From NCBI GenBank assembly GCA_965204735.1, contig OZ242008.1, forward strand, positions 1,568,001-1,632,000: DNA of 64,000 nt, read 5' to 3'. The position numbers and the translations under genes are program-made. Position 1 is the first letter of the stretch; each line of letters starts with the position of its first letter. The notes under the pieces were generated by a model. That model was given only the letters and a program-made list of their open reading frames with translations, did no database searches and had not been told where the DNA came from. Below, piece after piece: positions 56,828-64,000 of this stretch. The DNA is from Longimicrobiales bacterium (GTDB lineage Bacteria > Gemmatimonadota > Gemmatimonadetes > Longimicrobiales > Gaopeijiaceae).

Positions 56828-59800
56828 CTACCGCCGGATGCCCGCCGCCGCGCTGGACGGGTTCTCTTCGGCAGGCCGCTCCCGCACCAGAGGCCGCTGC
56901 TCAGGGTGCACTTCGTCCAGCGTCGTGCCGTCGTAGAGGCGGCCGTCCTTCATGACGTAGCGGATGTCCACGGTGCTGCGCAGGTCGTCGAGCGGGTTCG
57001 AGTTGAGGACGACGATGTCGGCGAACTTCCCCTCCTCGATGCTGCCCAGCTGGTCGCCGAAGCCGATCGCCTCGGCGCCCAGGATCGTGGCCGCGCGCAG
57101 CATGTCGTGGCTGGACGCGCCTCCCGCCGCCATCGCCCACAGCTCCCAGTGGTAGCCCAGGCCCTGAAGCTGCCCGTGGCTGCCCACGCCCATGCGCGCG
57201 CCGGATTCCAGCATCTTCTTGACGAACTCGGCGTGGCGCGGGAAGACGTGCTCCTCTTCCAGGAACCAGCCGGCTTGGCCGGGACTGCCGCCGCCGCCGG
57301 GGCCGCGCCGCCGCGCTCGCGCGTCGATGTTTCCTTCGGGCACGAAGACGTTCAGCTTCGGGTCGTCGTGGACGTCTTCCGTGGCGTAGAACCAGTTCTC
57401 GCCGAACGGTCCTCCGTACGAGACCAGCAGCGTGGGGGAGTTCGTGGTCTCCGACTCCTTGAAGAGCTCCACCACGTCGGAGTAGATCGGGGCGATGGGC
57501 AGGTTGTGCTCGATCCCCGGGTAGCCGTCGATGGCGTGGGTCATGTCGATCTTGAAGTCCAGCCCGCCTTCGGTGGTCGGCATGAGCTCCAGCTCCTTGG
57601 CCGCCTGGATGATCCACTGGCGCTGCTGCCGGCGTCCGGTCATGTACATCTTCAGCGTCTTCGTGTCGTAGTACTGCGAGTAGCGCCGAAGGATCGACTT
57701 GGCGTGGTCGGCGTCGCGGACATTCTCGGAGAGGAAGACGCCGGGGCCGGTCGAGTAGATGCGTGGTCCGGTCATCCCGCCGGTCCGCACCCGGTCCGTG
57801 TAGCTGAGGATGTCGGTGGTGGCGGTCTGGGGGTCCCGGGTCGTGGTGACGCCGTAGGACAGCGTCGCCAAGTACTGCCACACCTCCTCCGGGTGGATTT
57901 CGGGGATCAGCCACATGGCGTGGTAGTGGGTGTCCACGAATCCGGGCACCAACGTCTTGCCGGAGACGTCGAGCACGACGGCGCTGTCGGGCACATCCAC
58001 CGAGTCGGCCGCGCCCACCGCGGCGATGCGGTTGTCGACGACCAGGACCACGCCGTTCTCGATCACGTGGGGCGCGCCCGTCGTGTCGTCGGGCGCCTCG
58101 GCCATCGTCACGATTCGGCCGCCGGTCAGCGCCAGCGTCCCCCGGGGCACGTCCCGCGGCATCTCGACTTCGATCGCGCGCTCAACCGCTTCGTAGCTCT
58201 CGGTAGTGTCGGCCAGGACCTCGTCGTCGCCTTCCCGAACGGCCGCGGCCTTGGCGGCCACCTCTTCCGCCGCCTTGCGGATGGAGTCGGCCCGGGCCGC
58301 CAGCGAGTCCGCCACGACCTGCACCGAGTCGGCCTGGAGCCGACGGATCTCCGCCTCCAGCTCCTCGGGCGCCTCCTCGTCCTCGCCTTCGATGCTGTCG
58401 GCCTCGGCCCGCTTCTCCTTCAGCGTGTCCGAAACCGCCGCCGCCCGCGCCCGCAGCAGCGCCCGAGCGTGGGCGGTCTCCTCTTCCTCGGCCTCCTCGG
58501 CCTCCACGTGCTCCAGGTCGTAGGTGAAGAAGACGTTCCCCATCGCCCAGTGAAGCGCGTTCCCGTCGGGCGCCCACGAGGGGAACTCGCCGCCCACGTC
58601 GGTGAGCTTCCGGATCGGCACCGGCGACGCGGCCAGGTTCATCAGCGTGATGGTGGGGGGCGTCGCGCCCACTTCCGCCATCTCCACGACGTAGATGTCG
58701 CGCCCGAACTGGACGAACGCCCGATCGCCCTCGGGCGACACGACCACCAATCCGGCCGGTGCGGGTCCGCCGCTGGGTTCGGCGGGGTCGTCGACGGTCC
58801 CGGCGTCCGCGTCGGTGCCGCTGGGAGCCCCGCCGCCGTTCCAGAGGTCCGCGCCGTCGCGGCTTGCCGACGCCGCCGTCGGATCGGCTCCCAGCCGCCA
58901 CGGAAAGACGCGACGAGGCAGGAACTCCCACTCCCGGTGCGGACTGCCGACCCCCCGCAGTCCTTGCCGGCCCCGAATTACCAAGTGGCGCTTCACGTCG
59001 GTGCCGTCCCAGCGGAACGACACGAGCCCCTCGACGGGGCTGTACGCGTATATCCGGTCGGGCTCGTCCGCCGCGAAGTGGGCCACGTCCCGGGTCCCCG
59101 TCGGCGAGATCACCTCGGCCTCGGCCGGGGCCGCGCCGGCAGAGGGCACCCACACGAACTCGGCGCCGATCGGACCGAAGAAGATGCCGGTGGCTTCCTT
59201 CAGCTCCCGAGCGGCGCCCCGGCTCGCCACGACCCGCGACCCGTCGGGAGACCAGGCGACGTTGTAGTACAGCGCTGCCGTGGCGGTCAGCCGCTCCGGC
59301 TCGCCCCCGTCCGCCGGGACCTTCATGACGTGGCCGCCGTCCGCGTCGTCCCACGTCGCGTAGGCGATCCACTGCCCGTCCGGGGACCATTGGGGGTGGA
59401 ACTCGCCCACGTCGGCGTTGGTGAGGCGTCGGGCCTCGCCGTCGGGGAGGTCCTTCACCCACAGGCGGTCGAAGGCGGTGAAGGCGACGCGCTCGCCGCT
59501 CGGGGCCGCCACCGGCGAGCGGATCTGGCTGGCGACGACCATGGCGGTGGTGTCGATCTGGTAGGCGAACTTGACCTCGGGGCCGATCCCCAGCTCGACC
59601 TCGGCCTCGAAGGGGATCTCGGCGGGGTCGCTGCCGTCCATGGGGACGCTCCAGATCTTGCCGCCGTACGAGACGACGACGGCCGACCCGTCGGGGAGGA
59701 AGGAGTAGCCGGGCAGCAGGTCCAGCGGCGCCCGCGACTCCTGCTCGTCCCGCTGCACGGGGTAGGCCAGCCACTCCTCGTCGCCGGTCTCCAGGTCGCG

Positions 59801-60607
59801 CTTCCGCAGCCCCGTGTCGGCGTTGTAGCGGGTGCCGTAGACGAGCCAGCGGCCGTCGGGCGAGATCGCGGGGCGCATGGCGGAGCCGTAGCGGGAGGTC
59901 ACGAGGTCGTGGACGCCGGTTTCGCGGTCGTACCGGTAGAGCTGGTAGCGCGGCAAGGTGGCGTTGTACTGCCAGTCGCCGAAGCCGCCGGCGTACCACA
60001 CGTGGCGGCCGTCCGGGCTGAGTGCCGCTCCCACCATCTTGAGGTTGCCGGGGGTCTGCCCCAGCGAGAGGGCCGAGCCCCGCTCCACGTGGTAGAGCCC
60101 CAACTTGGCGGCGCCGCCCAGCGAGCCTGCGCGGCTGGCGACGATGTAGTCGCCGTCGGGCGTCCACTCGGGGGAGAGCATGAGGCCCCCGCCGCCCACC
60201 CGGGTCGTGTCCGTCTTGTCGAGGCGCATCGTCCATATGGCGTCGTCGCCGCTCCGGTCGGAGATGAACGCGACGGACTCGCCGTCGGGGCTGAAGCGGG
60301 GCTGGACGTCGTAGGCCATCCCCGTCAGGAGGGGCGACGCCTTCCCGCCGGTCGCGGGCATGGTGTACAAGTCGCCCAGCAGGTCGAAGACGATCGTCTG
60401 GCCGTCGGGGCTCACGTCCAGGGAGATCCAGGTCCCCTCGGTGGCCGTGAACTCCGCCGTGCGCGCGCTGGGAAGGGGCAGGGGGTTCTCTCGGCCTCGG
60501 CCTCCGGGCGGCCCCTGGGCCTTCGCCGCCGCGGGGACGACGGCCGGGAGCGCCAGCAGGGCCAGCAGGAACGCGGTCCGGGAGCGGCTCTGCGCCGGGG
60601 CTCTCAT
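56828..60607 (-). CDS. Secreted PD40/WD40 propeller + amidohydrolase protein
   Basis: Signal peptide after ATG 60607; EGTWISLDVSPDG, repeated SPDG, PGFVDTHYH, GSHGQLQGLG, GSIEEGKFAD. Confidence 0.9.
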   Translation of the reverse strand: MRAPAQSRSRTAFLLALLALPAVVPAAAKAQGPPGGRGRENPLPLPSARTAEFTATEGTWISLDVSPDGQTIVFDLLGDLYTMPATGGKASPLLTGMAYDVQPRFSPDGESVAFISDRSGDDAIWTMRLDKTDTTRVGGGGLMLSPEWTPDGDYIVASRAGSLGGAAKLGLYHVERGSALSLGQTPGNLKMVGAALSPDGRHVWYAGGFGDWQYNATLPRYQLYRYDRETGVHDLVTSRYGSAMRPAISPDGRWLVYGTRYNADTGLRKRDLETGDEEWLAYPVQRDEQESRAPLDLLPGYSFLPDGSAVVVSYGGKIWSVPMDGSDPAEIPFEAEVELGIGPEVKFAYQIDTTAMVVASQIRSPVAAPSGERVAFTAFDRLWVKDLPDGEARRLTNADVGEFHPQWSPDGQWIAYATWDDADGGHVMKVPADGGEPERLTATAALYYNVAWSPDGSRVVASRGAARELKEATGIFFGPIGAEFVWVPSAGAAPAEAEVISPTGTRDVAHFAADEPDRIYAYSPVEGLVSFRWDGTDVKRHLVIRGRQGLRGVGSPHREWEFLPRRVFPWRLGADPTAASASRDGADLWNGGGAPSGTDADAGTVDDPAEPSGGPAPAGLVVVSPEGDRAFVQFGRDIYVVEMAEVGATPPTITLMNLAASPVPIRKLTDVGGEFPSWAPDGNALHWAMGNVFFTYDLEHVEAEEAEEEETAHARALLRARAAAVSDTLKEKRAEADSIEGEDEEAPEELEAEIRRLQADSVQVVADSLAARADSIRKAAEEVAAKAAAVREGDDEVLADTTESYEAVERAIEVEMPRDVPRGTLALTGGRIVTMAEAPDDTTGAPHVIENGVVLVVDNRIAAVGAADSVDVPDSAVVLDVSGKTLVPGFVDTHYHAMWLIPEIHPEEVWQYLATLSYGVTTTRDPQTATTDILSYTDRVRTGGMTGPRIYSTGPGVFLSENVRDADHAKSILRRYSQYYDTKTLKMYMTGRRQQRQWIIQAAKELELMPTTEGGLDFKIDMTHAIDGYPGIEHNLPIAPIYSDVVELFKESETTNSPTLLVSYGGPFGENWFYATEDVHDDPKLNVFVPEGNIDARARRRGPGGGGSPGQAGWFLEEEHVFPRHAEFVKKMLESGARMGVGSHGQLQGLGYHWELWAMAAGGASSHDMLRAATILGAEAIGFGDQLGSIEEGKFADIVVLNSNPLDDLRSTVDIRYVMKDGRLYDGTTLDEVHPEQRPLVRERPAEENPSSAAAGIRR

Positions 60608-63600
60608 CGGCCCTCTCCCGAGGCGCCGGCCCGGCCGTCGCGGCTGGGGTTCCCCGCCTCCGGGCTCTCTGCTTCCCCGGCGTCCGCCTGACGGATGCCC
60701 GCCCGCACGTTCGGGGCCGTGTTCCGCCACGGCTCCGGCGGGGCGGGGCGCTGCCTCGGCCACAGCTCGTCCAGCGTGTCGCCGTCGTAGAGCCTTCCGT
60801 TCATCATCACCTTGTCCACGGTGTTGGTGTTGCGGATGTCGTCCAGGGGGTTCGCGTCGAGGACCACCAGGTCGGCCAGCTTGCCCGGCTCCACCGAACC
60901 CAGGTCCCGGCCCAGCCCGATCGCCTCTGCGCCCATGATCGTGGCGGCCCGGAGCGCCACGTGCTCGTCCATGCCGCCGCTCTGGAGCGCCCACAGCTCC
61001 CAGTGGTACCCCAGGCCCTGAAGCTGCCCGTGACTGCCGACGCCGGTCTTGCCGCCGCCCTCGACCAGCTCCGCCAGCCAGCCCGAGTGCTTCCTGAAGG
61101 CGTACTCCTCGTCCATGAACCAGCCGCCTCGGCCCGGCCCGGAGGTCTGAAGGCGGCGCGCCTTCGTGTCCAGCTCGCGCTTCGGGGTGAAGTGGGTCAG
61201 CTTCTCGTCGCCGAAGACGTCTTCGTTCGTGTAGAAGTAGTTCTCGGCCCACGGACCGCCGTACGAGACCAGCAGCGTGGGCGAATTGACCGTGCCCGAC
61301 GCCGCGAAAAGCCGCACCACGTCGTCGTAGGCCGGCACGATGGGCATCGAGTGCTCGATCCCCGGGTAGCCGTCCATGGCGTGGGTCATGTTCAGCCGGT
61401 AGTCCAAGCCGCCCTCGGTGGTGGGCATCAGCTCCAGCTCCCGCGCCGCCATGATCAGCCACTGCCGCTGCCGACGGTTCCCCGACATGTACATCTTGAA
61501 CGTCTTCGTGTCGTAGTAGTCGCTGTACTTGCGCAGCACCTCGACGGCGTGCTCGTAGCTCCGCACCGCGTCGCCGGAGAATACGCCCGGGCCGGTGTGG
61601 TAGACTCGAGGACCGACCATCTTGCCGGCCCGCACCATGTCCTCGTACGAGAGCACGTCGGTGGTGGCGGTCTGGGGGTCGCGGGTGGTGGTGACCCCGT
61701 AGGCCAAGTTGGCTTGATAGAGCCACGGCCGCGCCCAGTGGAGGCCCCACAGGTTCCACATGTGGGCGTGGGTGTCCACGAACCCGGGCACGATCGTCTT
61801 GCCCGACACGTCGATCACCGTCGCGTCTTCGGGCACGGCGCCGGCGCCGGCGGACACCGATGCGATCCGGTTGTTCTCCACCACCACGTCGGCGTTCTCC
61901 ACGATCTCGTCGCCGTCCATGGTGATCACCCGGGCGCCCCGCAGCACGACCGTCCCTTGGGGGATGTCGCGCTCGGCGACGACGTCGATCCACTGCTCCG
62001 CAGGCTCGTACTCCAGGTCGCCCGCCCCCTCTTCCAAGTCGTAGGTGAAGAGCGCGTTGCCCAGGGACCAGGTGACGGTCCGCCCGCCGGCGCCCCACGC
62101 CGGGAACTCGCCGCCCAGCTCGTTGAGCTTGCGAACCGGCACGGCGGCGGAGTCGGGCTTGAAGACGTCGATCACCGGGAGCGTCGCCCCCAGGTCGGGC
62201 ACGGTCACCGCGTACACGTCCCGGCCGATGTAGGCCAGGGCCTGGTCTCCCTCCGGCGCCATCTGAACGATCCCGGCGCTGCGGCGGATCACGAACTCCC
62301 TGGGCTCGTCGTCGTTCTCGGCGAAGCGCTGGGGCATGACCAGGTCCGAGCTCTCGGAGTAGGCGTACCCCGGCGCCACGCTTCCGGCGTCCCGATCGAG
62401 GCGGGACCAGACCTGGAGGTGCAGCTTCCGGTCCGTGTCGTCCCAGCGGGCCGAGCCGAGGGCCAGCGTCCGGCGGGCCGGAGCCGGCGAGCCGGGAATC
62501 GGGTCCGCTTCCGCGAAGCCGTAGTAGTAGATGCGCTCCGGGTCGGCGGCGAAGTGGGGCAGCCGGCGTCCCGCGGTGGGGCCGATCACGGTGGCGTCGC
62601 CTCCGTCGGAGGGGATCCAGACGAACTCCGAGTCCACTCCTCCGATGAAGGGGTCGATCGCCTCCTGCAAGTGTCGTCGCGAGGCCCGGGTCGCCACGAT
62701 CCGCTCTCCGTCCGGCGACCAGGCGAGCTGCTGGTAGTAGGCCGGCGCCGTGGTCAGCGTGGTCGCGCTTCCTCCCTCGACCGGGACCCGGCGGACGTGT
62801 CCCTCGCCCGAGTCGTCGTCCCAGGTGACGTAGGCCACCCAGCGCCCGTCGGGCGACCACACGGGCTGGAACTCGCCCACCTCGTCGTCGGTCAGGCGTC
62901 GGGGCTCGGCGCTGGGCTCGTCGGGCGTCTCGGAGGCGGCGGCCAAGTCGGCCACGTACAGCCGGTCCAGCGCGGTGAAGGCGACCATCGAGCCGTCCGG
63001 CGAGGTCCGGGGGTCGCGGATCTGCTTGACGGTGAAGACGGGCGTGTCCTCGATGGGGTACTCGAACTCGACTTCGGGGCCGATGGCGACCTCCACGTCG
63101 GCCGTGAACGGAATCTCGGTCGCTTCCGAGCCGTCCACGGGGACCCGCCAGATCCGCCCGCCGTAGGAGACGACCAGCGCGTCGGAGTCGGGCGTGAAGG
63201 AGTAGCCCGGGAGCACGTCCATGTTGGCGGTGGACTCCTGGTCGTCCCGCTGCACCGGGTAGGCGAGCCAGCGCTCTTCGCCCGAAGCCAGTTCCCGCAG
63301 GCGGATGCCGGTGTCGGCGTCGTTCCGGGTTCCGTAGGCCAGCAGCCTGCCGTCGGGCGAGACCGCCGGGCGGAACGCCGACCCGTATCGGTTGCTCATG
63401 GGCGTGCGCGTGCCCGACTGCCGGTCGTACACCCAGATCTGGTACTGGGGAAAGATCGCGTTGTACTCCCACGTCCCCGACCGCTGGGCGTGCCAGACGT
63501 AGCGTCCGTCCGGGCTGACGGCGGGTCCCATGAGCCGCTGGCTGAACGAGGCGAAGGAGACGGGCTGACCCGGGGCGAGGGTCGGGCCGCCCACCATCTG

Positions 63601-64000
63601 CAGGCCGGTGCCGCCGTCCACGTGGTAGAGCCAGAGCTTCTCCAGGCCGAAACCGGACGCGGCGCGCGAGACCACCACGTACTTGCCGTCGGGCATCCAC
63701 TCGGGCGAGATGAAGCGGCTTCCGATCCCCTTGCTGAGCTGGGTCGGCTCGCCGCCGGCCGCCGGCATGAGCCAGACGTTGTTGTCGCCGCTTCGGTCCG
63801 ACACGAATACGAGCCGCTCGCCGTCGGGGCTGAAGCGGGGCTGCATGTCGTGGGGCAGGCCGCTGGTGAGGCGGGTCGCTTGGCCCCCCTCGGCCGGGAT
63901 CGTGTAGAGGTCCCCCAGCAGGTCGAAGGCGATCGTGCTCCCGTCGGGGCTCACGTCCAGGGAGATCCAGGTGCCCTCGGTGGCCGTGAAGCGCGCCCAG
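60604..64000 (-). CDS. PD40/WD40 propeller + amidohydrolase paralog, 5'-truncated by the window edge
   Basis: EGTWISLDVSPDG near the edge; PGFVDTHAH, GSHGQLQGLG, GSVEPGKLAD. Confidence 0.9.
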   Translation of the reverse strand, partial: WARFTATEGTWISLDVSPDGSTIAFDLLGDLYTIPAEGGQATRLTSGLPHDMQPRFSPDGERLVFVSDRSGDNNVWLMPAAGGEPTQLSKGIGSRFISPEWMPDGKYVVVSRAASGFGLEKLWLYHVDGGTGLQMVGGPTLAPGQPVSFASFSQRLMGPAVSPDGRYVWHAQRSGTWEYNAIFPQYQIWVYDRQSGTRTPMSNRYGSAFRPAVSPDGRLLAYGTRNDADTGIRLRELASGEERWLAYPVQRDDQESTANMDVLPGYSFTPDSDALVVSYGGRIWRVPVDGSEATEIPFTADVEVAIGPEVEFEYPIEDTPVFTVKQIRDPRTSPDGSMVAFTALDRLYVADLAAASETPDEPSAEPRRLTDDEVGEFQPVWSPDGRWVAYVTWDDDSGEGHVRRVPVEGGSATTLTTAPAYYQQLAWSPDGERIVATRASRRHLQEAIDPFIGGVDSEFVWIPSDGGDATVIGPTAGRRLPHFAADPERIYYYGFAEADPIPGSPAPARRTLALGSARWDDTDRKLHLQVWSRLDRDAGSVAPGYAYSESSDLVMPQRFAENDDEPREFVIRRSAGIVQMAPEGDQALAYIGRDVYAVTVPDLGATLPVIDVFKPDSAAVPVRKLNELGGEFPAWGAGGRTVTWSLGNALFTYDLEEGAGDLEYEPAEQWIDVVAERDIPQGTVVLRGARVITMDGDEIVENADVVVENNRIASVSAGAGAVPEDATVIDVSGKTIVPGFVDTHAHMWNLWGLHWARPWLYQANLAYGVTTTRDPQTATTDVLSYEDMVRAGKMVGPRVYHTGPGVFSGDAVRSYEHAVEVLRKYSDYYDTKTFKMYMSGNRRQRQWLIMAARELELMPTTEGGLDYRLNMTHAMDGYPGIEHSMPIVPAYDDVVRLFAASGTVNSPTLLVSYGGPWAENYFYTNEDVFGDEKLTHFTPKRELDTKARRLQTSGPGRGGWFMDEEYAFRKHSGWLAELVEGGGKTGVGSHGQLQGLGYHWELWALQSGGMDEHVALRAATIMGAEAIGLGRDLGSVEPGKLADLVVLDANPLDDIRNTNTVDKVMMNGRLYDGDTLDELWPRQRPAPPEPWRNTAPNVRAGIRQADAGEAESPEAGNPSRDGRAGASGEGR

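Noticed and set aside
60608..63700. 2290-aa giant protein
   Set aside because: The upstream half is an off-frame read of the adjacent paralog; the real gene starts at 60607 with a signal peptide.

Overview
High-GC bacterial chromosomal window. Gene content and style suggest Gemmatimonadota, but that is an inference. The backbone carries nadK (partial), recN, tRNA-Gly and tRNA-Cys, hutH-hutU-hutF, rho, a tesA/ybbA/ybbP-type locus, an aminotransferase, a BNR-repeat glycosyl hydrolase-like protein, MFS and YkvI-type transporters, an osmoprotectant-type ABC transporter, a Ser/Thr dehydratase, a TonB-dependent receptor, argR-argG-argH, a GT-C type membrane protein and two tandem PD40/amidohydrolases. 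Accessory DNA is interspersed. It includes an Rpn nuclease with an internal SD/ATG and a candidate defence island at about 22.1-30.2 kb (sigma4/HARE-HTH-like protein, SBD-HNH nuclease, NACHT-like NTPase with a broken Walker A between 15-bp direct repeats, and a tandem intact plus degenerate DUF262 pair). It also includes UvrD with two Fic genes, a compact three-gene cassette (Cys-peptidase-like, unknown, DUF6941-like) between a 47-bp duplication and a collapsed ykvI remnant, and a HipA/HTH pair. Features hidden from the ORF track are a CxxU AhpD-like selenoprotein with a SECIS-like hairpin upstream of hutH, a palindromic 41-43 bp repeat array, and a three-repeat array with CRISPR-like spacing but no cas genes. 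No integrase or IS transposase was recognised.
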